A stretch of 64,000 bases of DNA from Minisyncoccota bacterium (GTDB taxonomy: Bacteria; Patescibacteriota; Minisyncoccia; Phycocordibacterales; GWA1-40-21). The position numbers and the translations under genes are program-made. Of this stretch, positions 55,988 through 64,000 are shown in pieces. Below the pieces are notes generated by a model that ran no database searches, was not told the origin of the DNA, and saw only the letters and a program-made list of their open reading frames with translations. How positions within the stretch are numbered: position 1 is the first letter of the stretch; the number at the start of each line of letters is the position of its first letter. Location: contig JBAZYH010000002.1 in NCBI GenBank assembly GCA_041659365.1, positions 16,065-80,064 of the forward strand, in the 5' to 3' direction.

Positions 55988-56054
55988 TGGTAGGACTCGA
56001 ACCTACGGCCAGTCGTGTATAAGACGACCGCTCTACCAACTGAGCTACACGCGC
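55979..56054 (-). tRNA. tRNA-Ile with a UAU anticodon
   Basis: Reverse complement GCGCGTG-TA-GCTC-AGTTGGTA-GAGC-G-GTCGT-CTTATAC-ACGAC-TGGCC-GTAGG-TTCGAGT-CCTAC-CACGCGC-A-CCA. Perfect cloverleaf, anticodon TAT, CCA encoded. Confidence 0.8.
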
Positions 56055-56110
56055 ATACTTTCTAGATATTATCGTAAAAAATGTTTTTTAGCAATATTTT
56101 GTATGTAATT

Positions 56111-56138
56111 GTCATTCCTGCTTTCGCAGGAATGGCAC
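56111..56138. repeat. family 1 variant palindrome (gtcattcctgctttcgcaggaatggcac)
   Basis: Same variant form as at 34014-34046. Confidence 0.45.
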
Positions 56139-56203
56139 AGTATATCCTTGCAAAAATTTCAGGGGGGGGTAAAATTAAGGTATTAATAATTTAATTATAA
56201 AAT

Positions 56204-56539
56204 ATGTTAGAAAAAATTCTTGGTTTGGGTGGTGAAAAGGAGGTAACGGATTTTACAAAAATCGGAGACAATCCAGCTGTTGTGGAGAAAGTAGAGCAAG
56301 GAGAACCAACAATTGAGTCAGAAATAGACAAAACAGAGGATGATAAATTTTTTTATAAACAAGGTAGAGAGGTGGTTGAGAACTTAATAAAATTTCGTAT
56401 TAGAAAAATAATGAAAAAAGGCAAATTTGCTGATGCTGAAGCATACGCTAGATCGATTGGAGTAGAATTTTCTACAGATCTTTCTGGTAATATAGAAAAA
56501 ATTGAAATTCCGGAATCAGTTTTTGAGACAATGTTATAA
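56204..56539 (+). CDS. hypothetical acidic protein
   Basis: 111-aa ORF with a gggggg SD-like run upstream. No motif recognised. Confidence 0.4.
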   Translation: MLEKILGLGGEKEVTDFTKIGDNPAVVEKVEQGEPTIESEIDKTEDDKFFYKQGREVVENLIKFRIRKIMKKGKFADAEAYARSIGVEFSTDLSGNIEKIEIPESVFETML

Positions 56540-56632
56540 AAAATTAACTTTGATTTTGGAAGGTCAGACCTAGGAGTAAAAGTAGTTTGTTAATCAACCG
56601 CTATTTAGTGGTTGATTTTGTATTATTTTTTA

Positions 56633-58792
56633 TCACTCAAAATGTATCTCACACTTCTTTCTGTTACATAGTTTGTCTACTATAAGAGGGAATTTAGAAA
56701 GTGTTTCATCTTGTTCTAATAAATATCCAGCTTCAGCACGAGCTGCTTCTACCATTTTTAAATTTTTAATTGCTTCCATTCCTATATCAGAGATACCCCA
56801 TTGTTTACCTTCAGAGAGTCCACCTGCGCCCCTTAGTTTAAGGTCGTATTCTGCAAGTTCAAAACCATTTTTAGCCTGTGTAAGTGCGCGAAGTCTATCT
56901 ATAGTTTTTTCTGATTTTGTTTCTGCAAATACATAACAATACGCTTGGTGATTACTTCTTACTACACGTCCACGAAGTTGGTGAAGTTGAGCAAGACCAA
57001 ATCTTTCTGCTCCCTCAATAATAATCAAAGTTGCATTAGGAACATTTACCCCAACTTCAACCACGGAGGTGGCGACTAGGATGCGGATTTTTCCAGAGGA
57101 AAAATCCGCCATGACAGCTTCTTTTTCTTTAGGAGTCATTTTACTATGAAGTATGTCTATTTCATATTCTGAAAAGACTTTTTCTTTTATTCTTTTGGCC
57201 TCTTCTTTTACAGATTTTGCTTGAACAGAAGCTTCTTTATTTGGATCTGGCTCATCTATTCTAGGACAAATAATATAAAGTTGTCTTCCTTCTTTCATTT
57301 GTTCACGAATTTTTTCATAAATACTTTCTCTTTTTCCAGGTAAAACTATTTCGGTGATAATTGGTTTTCTTCCAGTTGGCATTTGATCAAGAAGTGTTAG
57401 GTCAAGATCTCCATATATTGTAAGTGCAAGTGTTCTTGGTATTGGCGTTGCCGTCATCGAAAGTAAGTGCGGAGATATTTTTTCTTTTCTAACAAGCTTC
57501 TGTCTTTGTGCCATTCCGAACCTATGCTGTTCGTCGATTACGACGAATGCCAAATGTTTAAATTTAACAGTTTTTTGTATAAGAGAATGTGTACCGATAA
57601 GTATTGGAATCTCTCCATTTTCTACCCATTTTAAAAGTTGCGTTCGAGAAATATCTGTCCATCCAGAAGGATTAACTTTTGAGGGAAATTTCTTACATCC
57701 AGAGCCTGTTATCAAACCAACATTTATTCCTAAGTAGGTAAAATATTTTATAAAAGATTCAAAATGTTGTTTTGCAAGTATTTCTGTGGGTGCCATATAA
57801 GCCACTTGTAATGTGCCGAAATCTTGCCCGCCTGGACGTGTAGTAACTACACCAAATGCGGCTGCGGCGGCGACCGCTGTCTTACCTGACCCTACATCTC
57901 CCTCTAGTAAGCGAGACATCGGGTGGCCTCTAGTGAAGTCCTGGAAGATCTCTCTGATGGCCTTTGTTTGGCCCTCTGTGGCCGTAAATGGAAACCTTTT
58001 TACGAAGCCGTCTATCTTATCTTGCTCTGTTTTAATAGTGAAGGCGGGTTCTTTTTGCCATTCAATACGTGTTTTTATTCTTTCAATTTGAATGAAGAAA
58101 ACTTCTTCAAAAGCAAAACGTTTTCTAGCCATTAAGGCGTGGTCTTGTTTTTGTGGTTCATGTATCCAAATCAAAGCAGATTTTAGAGGTGGTAAGTTAT
58201 ATGTAGTTAAAATATATTCAGGTATAGTATTTAATATCGAGTCTAAAATTCCAGAGGCGAATATTTTTTTAATAGAATGATAAAACCAGTTTGAAGTGAT
58301 CCCTTTACTTTCAGGATAGATTGGATAGAGAGAATGGACTTCTCCTCCTTCTCCAAACAAAGAATCACCAACACCTATTGGAAGTTTAGCCACTGTTTCG
58401 ATTTTCGGGTTACTCATATATAGTTCTCCTTTTCTATCTGAAACTTTTCCATCAACACGTACAAACATTCCTTCAGAAATCATTTTGGCTATATATGGTT
58501 GGTGGAACCATACAGCTTTTATTTTTCCAGATTCATCTTCTATCCAAGCTTCGGACATTGGTATTTTACTTTTGAAACCCTTACTTGTTTTTAGGCCAGA
58601 AATTTTTCCAAAGATTACTGCTTTATCTCCTCCAATTAAGTTACCAATATTTTTCTTTTGTGAGGTATCTCCATAACGGACAGGGAAGTGAAAAAGTAAA
58701 TCTTCTACGGTTTTAAGACCAAGTTTTTTTAGAGCTATTTTTTGTGGTTCAATTAGACGGAATTCTTTTTCAATAAGTGAATCAAGATTCAT
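56633..58792 (-). CDS. recG: ATP-dependent DNA helicase RecG
   Basis: N-terminal wedge domain, GDVGSGKT, DEQHRFG, and helicase motifs through QLHQLRGRVVR. Confidence 0.9.
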   Translation of the reverse strand: MNLDSLIEKEFRLIEPQKIALKKLGLKTVEDLLFHFPVRYGDTSQKKNIGNLIGGDKAVIFGKISGLKTSKGFKSKIPMSEAWIEDESGKIKAVWFHQPYIAKMISEGMFVRVDGKVSDRKGELYMSNPKIETVAKLPIGVGDSLFGEGGEVHSLYPIYPESKGITSNWFYHSIKKIFASGILDSILNTIPEYILTTYNLPPLKSALIWIHEPQKQDHALMARKRFAFEEVFFIQIERIKTRIEWQKEPAFTIKTEQDKIDGFVKRFPFTATEGQTKAIREIFQDFTRGHPMSRLLEGDVGSGKTAVAAAAAFGVVTTRPGGQDFGTLQVAYMAPTEILAKQHFESFIKYFTYLGINVGLITGSGCKKFPSKVNPSGWTDISRTQLLKWVENGEIPILIGTHSLIQKTVKFKHLAFVVIDEQHRFGMAQRQKLVRKEKISPHLLSMTATPIPRTLALTIYGDLDLTLLDQMPTGRKPIITEIVLPGKRESIYEKIREQMKEGRQLYIICPRIDEPDPNKEASVQAKSVKEEAKRIKEKVFSEYEIDILHSKMTPKEKEAVMADFSSGKIRILVATSVVEVGVNVPNATLIIIEGAERFGLAQLHQLRGRVVRSNHQAYCYVFAETKSEKTIDRLRALTQAKNGFELAEYDLKLRGAGGLSEGKQWGISDIGMEAIKNLKMVEAARAEAGYLLEQDETLSKFPLIVDKLCNRKKCEIHFE

Positions 58793-58869
58793 AATGACAT
58801 TCTAGCAGAAAAATATGGATAATAGAAAAGGCGGGTCGTGAAGCGAACCGCCTTTGTAGAGGAAGGCTG

Positions 58870-59139
58870 TCACCAGATTCCTTCTCTCTTATAGTGTTCA
58901 TTAAGAACCCGTTCATGACCATCGGCAAGAAGAGCAATCCTCTCGTCTAATTGTTCTTTCAAGTCCCCAATGAGTGAATCTTCTTGAACCCTGAGTCTAA
59001 CCCCATCAATTTTCAAGATAATAAAACTGAAACCAGGGAAAAGCTTACTTGTTAAAGTGATCGACTTTTTAAGGGTTTCAATCATTTTTGAAAAGATAGT
59101 CATATCTTGAAAACGACTTTCAGCGGTGAGTCTATCCAT
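58870..59139 (-). CDS. hypothetical small protein
   Basis: 89-aa ORF followed by the terminator aaaggcggttcgcttcacgacccgcctttt (58830-58865). Confidence 0.35.
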   Translation of the reverse strand: MDRLTAESRFQDMTIFSKMIETLKKSITLTSKLFPGFSFIILKIDGVRLRVQEDSLIGDLKEQLDERIALLADGHERVLNEHYKREGIW

Positions 59140-59270
59140 ACAGTCTCCTTTTTGTAGTTGTTGACGTCTATTTTAATTTTATATATTAAAGAGATTTTGT
59201 CAATGAAGTGTAAAAAAAATAAAAAGTATTATAATAATATAAGTATTAGTAATTTAATTTTAAAATTAAG

Positions 59271-59753
59271 ATGATTATATTAACAACAACAGAAATTATT
59301 ATCCGTCTTGCGGTAGCTGTTGGCTTAGGAGCATTGCTCGGACTTGAGAGAACTTTGGCAGGGAAGACTGCTGGTCTTCGTACTTATGCTATGGTTTCTT
59401 TAGGTTCCGGTCTTTTCGTCATTATTTCTCAAATGGTTGCATTAAACTCGGGTGATATATCGTCTTTTGATCCACTTAGAATGGCGGCTCAAGTTATTGC
59501 CGGTATAGGTTTTATTGGTGCCGGTCTCGTAATTTTTCAAGATCATAAAATCACAGGACTTACTACAGCAGCAGGACTTTGGGTAGCTGCAGGTGTGGGT
59601 ATGGCTTCAGGTTTTGGTTTTTATGGAGTTGCTATAATTGCTACTATTTTTGTAATGCTTGTTTTCACTGTTATGTGGTTTATAGAGAATATGTTAAAGA
59701 GATTTTCTTATAAGAGTGAGAAGGATGAGGATGGGCATGTTAAGAGATATTAA
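59271..59753 (+). CDS. MgtC/SapB family membrane protein
   Basis: RLAVAVGLGALLGLERTLAGKTAGLRTYAMVSLGSGLF is the MgtC signature. Confidence 0.75.
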   Translation: MIILTTTEIIIRLAVAVGLGALLGLERTLAGKTAGLRTYAMVSLGSGLFVIISQMVALNSGDISSFDPLRMAAQVIAGIGFIGAGLVIFQDHKITGLTTAAGLWVAAGVGMASGFGFYGVAIIATIFVMLVFTVMWFIENMLKRFSYKSEKDEDGHVKRY

Positions 59754-59779
59754 GTTTAAGTAAATTATTTGACGGATAA

Positions 59780-59830
59780 AAGAAAACGCTGTTCCGAGAT
59801 TTTAACTCGGGACAGCGTTGCTTTTAAATG
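59780..59830. terminator. bidirectional rho-independent terminator
   Basis: aacgctgttccgag-attttaac-tcgggacagcgtt. Confidence 0.6.
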
Positions 59831-60162
59831 GCCATGGATTGTATCGGTGTAATAACGAGAGTGTCCCGACAGATCTGTAAAAACATTAACTTTGTCTTAT
59901 TGACACCCGGTGCGCTTTCAACGGTGCCACGAATATCGGGGTGTTGTAATTTGAGGTGCTCTTCCCAGTGTTTTTCCAGAATAATGAGCACTTCATCTTC
60001 TCTATCCCTATTGGTGGCATGAAGCATCACGTTGGCAACATCGAAGGAAAGCAATGGTCCGAAGTTGTTCAATACGTTAACAGCACGGTTAAGGTATCGT
60101 TCGGGCATTTCCTTTAAGATTTTACGGAATCGTTCCTCACCAATAACTTTTGGTTGATCCAT
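59824..60162 (-). CDS. hypothetical protein on a GC-rich islet (true start at 60162, 112 aa)
   Basis: MDQPKVIGEERFRKILKEM.. preceded by aaggaggt 8 nt upstream. The longer ORF-track start is read-through. Confidence 0.5.
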   Translation of the reverse strand: MDQPKVIGEERFRKILKEMPERYLNRAVNVLNNFGPLLSFDVANVMLHATNRDREDEVLIILEKHWEEHLKLQHPDIRGTVESAPGVNKTKLMFLQICRDTLVITPIQSMAI

Positions 60163-60417
60163 TTTTGATGACCTCCTTTTTTGTCTAATCTGATAAAATG
60201 TTAACACGGTTAGTTTTATAAGTAAAATGAAGATGAGGGAGGTGATTTGATAAAAAACAATGTACGTATTTAAAAATAGTCTACCCAGACTATTTTTGAA
60301 TACCGAACGAGGGGGAAATTCAGTTAAGGTTTTTTCTTCGTTGAGACTCAGAAAAAAATGATCTCTTTTATTAACATAAAAACAGGTTCCCAAACTGTTT
60401 TTATGTTAATAAAAGAG

Positions 60418-60436
60418 GAGACGGCGAGGTTCGGCT
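60418..60436 (-). repeat. partial direct copy of the tRNA-Ser 3' end (ggagacggcgaggttcgg)
   Basis: Matches the plus-strand image of the tRNA-Ser T-arm/acceptor region (60686-60705). A second partial copy lies at 60516-60535. Confidence 0.4.
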
Positions 60437-60515
60437 ATTACATAGCCAAGATTTAACCATCTAGCTATATTTAAAAACAGGTTCCCAAACTGTTTTAATA
60501 TAAATAAATAAAATG

Positions 60516-60650
60516 ACGGCGAGAGTTTCGAAACTTACAGTTTCAGTACCCCCCATTGGCTCACTTATTCGTGATTACACTCTAAGTTCGGTTCAATGGG
60601 GCTTCGAATCTCGCACGCAAGCAAATACTTTTGCTTGCTCGTCTCCGCAT
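60516..60650 (+). other. tRNA-3'-end-mimic element C, convergent with tRNA-Ser
   Basis: gacggcgagagtttcgaaac-ttacagtttcagta-[ccccattg..caatgggg]-cttcgaatctcgcacg-[caagcaaa-tact-tttgcttg]-ctcgtctccgcat. Homologous to element B, with compensatory changes in both stems. Confidence 0.45.
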
Positions 60651-60685
60651 AAAAAAATCACACTGTTTCAGTGGATTTTTAAATG

Positions 60686-60772
60686 CGGAGACGGCGAGAT
60701 TCGAACTCGCGAGGGCTTTTAAACCCTGCCTCTTTAGCAAAGAGGTACATTAGACCACTCTGACACGTCTCC
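60686..60772 (-). tRNA. tRNA-Ser (anticodon GCU)
   Basis: Reverse complement GGAGACG..CCTCT-TTGCTAA-AGAGG..long variable arm..GCGAG-TTCGAAT-CTCGC-CGTCTCC-G. CCA is not encoded. Confidence 0.85.
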
Positions 60773-60976
60773 TTAAAACAAATTTTATACTAAAAAAATC
60801 AATTTAGCCAACTAAAATAGGTTAACATATTTTATTGTATAATTCTAGTTTTTTAAGATAACACGTAATGGTTCAATAGCTTGGATACAAAATATTAGTA
60901 ATTTTTAAGTTGTTTGTTATTTTTAAAAACTATATAATATATTCAAGATTAATCTGATATATAATATTTTAAAGAA

Positions 60977-61495
60977 ATGAAAAAAAAGATTGTTTGGTTA
61001 TTTTTTATTATTGCATTTATTTTAATAGGAGTTTTTTATTATAAGGAAAATAAAGAGGATAAGATAACAATAGCAAAGAAAGAAAATCAGGTTGAGAAAA
61101 TTAGTAACTTAGATGATTCTAAATCTATTGAGATTGCTAAATCTTATATTTTAAAGAAACCTCAATTGTATTTAAACAGAGAAGAATTTGTTAATTGGGA
61201 AAGTAGTAAATTAGGAATAGATTTTGTAAAAGTAAGTCCTGAGTGGGTAGTATCCCAAAAGCTAACATCAGAATATAATGCACCTAATACTTATCCTTCA
61301 CCTTATGATTATTTGAATGATAAAATTATAGTAAGTTGGTTTTTTATTCCTGGGTGTGAGGAAAATATAAACAGTACCGATCAACCAAACTGGTTTAATA
61401 AAGATGGTGTTCGTTGTTTAGGTGGTTATGATTTAAGAGTGATAATTAACTCTGATGGAACTGTTAGTTTGGTTGAACTAAATGCTATTGATTAA
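60977..61495 (+). CDS. hypothetical membrane-anchored or secreted protein
   Basis: N-terminal TM/signal anchor MKKKIVWLFFIIAFILIGVFYY. Confidence 0.45.
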   Translation: MKKKIVWLFFIIAFILIGVFYYKENKEDKITIAKKENQVEKISNLDDSKSIEIAKSYILKKPQLYLNREEFVNWESSKLGIDFVKVSPEWVVSQKLTSEYNAPNTYPSPYDYLNDKIIVSWFFIPGCEENINSTDQPNWFNKDGVRCLGGYDLRVIINSDGTVSLVELNAID

Positions 61496-61563
61496 TAACA
61501 AAATAGAGTCATTTTAATAAAAAAAGGATTTTGTGAAGCAAAATCCTTTTTTTATTTTTTAAT

Positions 61564-62238
61564 TTAATGTCCCAATGCAAACCCAATAACTTTTTTGACT
61601 CCAGCATCTTTTAATGTTTTTGAGATTTCAGACATCGTTGCACCGGTAGTTATCACATCATCCACTATTATGATGTTTCTACCTTTTATTGTGTTTCCAT
61701 TTACACTGAAACAACCGTTTAAATTTTTTAACCTTTTTGTCCTATTTTTCAGTTTAGATTGATGTAGTGTGTCTTTGGTTTTAAAGACTGAGTTAAATGA
61801 GAATTCAAAAAAATTATCTACATCTATCTTTTGTATTTCTTTGACCATGAGTTCACATTGATTAAAACCCCTTTCTTTTAAATTATTTTTACTTATAGGT
61901 ACTGGTATTAACAGGGGATTATTAAAGTTTGAAAAACTTATTTCATCTGAAATTTCATTTAGTATAAATTCATAAAGTAAGTTTGAGAATCTCTGTGTGA
62001 TTTTTTTATTAGAACAGTATTTTATTTCCCAAATTGCTTTTCTACATATTTTATTTTTATATTGGAATAAAGCCTTAAAATTTTTATCAGAGGTATCGTT
62101 TGCTTGAGGAATCTCTTTGAAAATATCCTCCTCAGACATATTTTCTATAAAAACAGCTAGTTCTTCTTTGGGTAATATGAGTGAAAATAGACTTTCAAAT
62201 AATTTTAATATTTTATTGTACATATTTATTTTTAGCAT
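61564..62238 (-). CDS. comF: ComF family protein (phosphoribosyltransferase domain)
   Basis: C-terminal GRNIIIVDDVITTGATMSEI is the PRTase motif. Confidence 0.75.
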   Translation of the reverse strand: MLKINMYNKILKLFESLFSLILPKEELAVFIENMSEEDIFKEIPQANDTSDKNFKALFQYKNKICRKAIWEIKYCSNKKITQRFSNLLYEFILNEISDEISFSNFNNPLLIPVPISKNNLKERGFNQCELMVKEIQKIDVDNFFEFSFNSVFKTKDTLHQSKLKNRTKRLKNLNGCFSVNGNTIKGRNIIIVDDVITTGATMSEISKTLKDAGVKKVIGFALGH

Positions 62239-62381
62239 TATTTATGTGCATGTATTTGTATTGTTGATAAAATATGTTTTGAACTTTTATTATAAAATAT
62301 GCTACAATAGTAACATAGAAAAAGTGTGTGGTGCTTTTGGGATTGATCATACTTTTAATATTATAAAAATATTGATTAACA

Positions 62382-63500
62382 ATGAATAACCCTTTCTCAA
62401 ATTTATTTAATTCTTTATTTCCTACAAAAGATACAAGTGTACTTGGTATAGATATAGGTTCATCTTGTATTAAAATCATCCAATTAAAAAAGAAGGGTGG
62501 TAGAGCAGTACTTGAAACCTATGGTGAGATTTCCACTGGTCAATACAATAATACGGATGTTGGTAGAGCGACCGTCCTTACTGCGGATAAAGTATCTGGG
62601 GCTATAAAAGATTTATTAAAAGAATCAAATGCTACTACTATAAAAAGTGGTATGTCTATTCCTGTAAGTTCAAGTCTTATATCATTTATTAAGATGCCTA
62701 CCTTAGATGAGAGAAAACTTGTTGAAATGGTTCCTATTGAAGCAAGAAAATATATCCCCGTTCCAATATCTGAGGTGACTCTAGATTGGTGGCCAATCCC
62801 TAAAGATGAAAGCACTTTTTCAGAATTTCAAAATGGTCAAAAAGTAGAAGAAGAAAAGAGTACAGAAGTATTGCTCGTTGTTATTCATAACGATGCTTTA
62901 AGTAAAAATAAAGAAATACAAAAAATTACTGGTTTAGATACGACATTTTCAGAGATTGAAATTTTTAGTAATATACGCTCTGTTTTAGAACCAAGTACTA
63001 GCCCACAAATGATAGTAGATTTCGGTGCTAGTAGTACAAAAGTTTTTATTGTTGAGAGAGGTGTGTTAAGAGTCTCTCATACTATTAGTAAGGGATCACA
63101 GGATATTACTTTATCTATATCAAAATCCATGGGTATTTCTTTTGAAGAAGCTGAGAAAATAAAGAGAGAAAATGGTATTGTCGGGCAAGCTGGGGATAAC
63201 AATGTCTCTGAAGTATCTTTTGTTACTATAGATTACATATTAGCTGAGATTTCCCGTATGACAATGAGTTATTATAAAAAAACTGGTAAAAAAATAAGCA
63301 AAATTGTCCTTGCTGGTGGGGGAGTAATGCTCAAAGGGTTCAAAGAAAAAGCACAGGAAGCTCTTGAGATTCAAGTTGAAGTTGCTGATCCTTTTTCAAA
63401 ATTAGAATATCCTGCATTTTTGACAGAAGTTTTAAAGACTGCTGGTCCAGAATTTTCAGTTGCTGTTGGTCTAGCTATTAGAAAACTTCAAGAAATGTAG
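62382..63500 (+). CDS. pilM: type IV pilus assembly ATPase-like protein PilM
   Basis: VLGIDIGSSCIKIIQL..., an actin-like fold with the second phosphate motif DFGASSTKVFIV. Confidence 0.8.
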   Translation: MNNPFSNLFNSLFPTKDTSVLGIDIGSSCIKIIQLKKKGGRAVLETYGEISTGQYNNTDVGRATVLTADKVSGAIKDLLKESNATTIKSGMSIPVSSSLISFIKMPTLDERKLVEMVPIEARKYIPVPISEVTLDWWPIPKDESTFSEFQNGQKVEEEKSTEVLLVVIHNDALSKNKEIQKITGLDTTFSEIEIFSNIRSVLEPSTSPQMIVDFGASSTKVFIVERGVLRVSHTISKGSQDITLSISKSMGISFEEAEKIKRENGIVGQAGDNNVSEVSFVTIDYILAEISRMTMSYYKKTGKKISKIVLAGGGVMLKGFKEKAQEALEIQVEVADPFSKLEYPAFLTEVLKTAGPEFSVAVGLAIRKLQEM

Positions 63501-63742
63501 TATCGATACCTTAAACAAGAATTTTTTTAAGTTATAATTTATTATTAGGTAATCCACAGTTTTGTTTGTTGGTTTTGTTTTGTTGTTTGATGTATAATAT
63601 TAAGTAGTAAATTGTTGTCCCGTCTGCTTTTGCAGATATGTTGCAGATTCCATAAAATAAATACTAGGTTGCTTTGGGATAATTCAAAATAGTATTATAA
63701 TAACTAATGAAATATTAATCGTTTTTTAATTTTATAACTTGG

Positions 63743-64000
63743 ATGGAAACAAAATTTCAAACATCTTTTATACCCAAGAAACCTATAACGCAAGAAAGTA
63801 ATACAACAACAGGTGTTGGTTTGTTTCTTCTTATATCTATAGTTATTTTTCTTATATCATCTGGTATAGCGGGTTGGGTTTATTTAGAGAAAAATAGATT
63901 AATAGGTAATATTAACGAACAGAAAAATATTATAAATAAAAATAAAGACAGTTTGAATAAAGATTCTGTCTCTATAGAAAATTTTGTTCAATTAAATACA
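63743..64000 (+). CDS. PilN-like pilus assembly protein (partial, runs off the window end)
   Basis: METKFQTSFIPKKP...LFLLISIVIFLISSGIAGWVYL: a single TM anchor followed by a coiled-coil start. Not in the ORF track because there is no stop within the window. Confidence 0.4.
   Translation, partial: METKFQTSFIPKKPITQESNTTTGVGLFLLISIVIFLISSGIAGWVYLEKNRLIGNINEQKNIINKNKDSLNKDSVSIENFVQLNT

Noticed and set aside
1-64000. CRISPR array
   Set aside because: No series of regularly spaced identical direct repeats with unique spacers was found. The repeated elements seen are palindromic and irregularly spaced (MITE/REP-like), and the dockerin gene repeats are coding.

Overview
This window is a low-GC (about 30%) genome fragment with small genes and non-canonical operon order, typical of a CPR/Patescibacteria-like bacterium. 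The core housekeeping content is rpsL-rpsG-fusA-[dockerin-repeat gene]-tuf-rpsJ-rplC-rplD-rplW-rplB, then directly rplJ-rplL, plus infC-rpmI-rplT, rpmB, rlmB/rlmH, tsaC, rnhA, smpB, ftsH, recG, a split comEC, comF, pilM/pilN, mscL, an ABC-2 exporter, and tRNA-His(GUG), tRNA-Ile(UAU) and tRNA-Ser(GCU). The first notable feature is a compositionally foreign GC-rich (about 50%) island at about 36.05-39.7 kb and 41.3-53.56 kb. It encodes two paralogous secreted proteins that fuse a periplasmic-binding-protein domain to an OmpA-like peptidoglycan anchor, a vWA lipoprotein, a classic-clade AAA+ ATPase, an XpaC-like and a TelA-like pair, a NitT/TauT-type ABC importer, tandem small basic paralogs and secreted repeat proteins. 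Smaller GC-rich single-gene islets lie at 18.24-19.11 kb and 59.82-60.17 kb. The second notable feature is non-coding: several families of palindromic intergenic repeats (MITE-like), a tandem pair of tRNA-His-mimicking structured RNAs at 4.2-4.5 kb, and a covarying family of tRNA-3'-end-mimic elements lying convergently against tRNA genes and tRNA 3' fragments, consistent with repeated integration at tRNA genes. No CRISPR array and no rRNA were seen.
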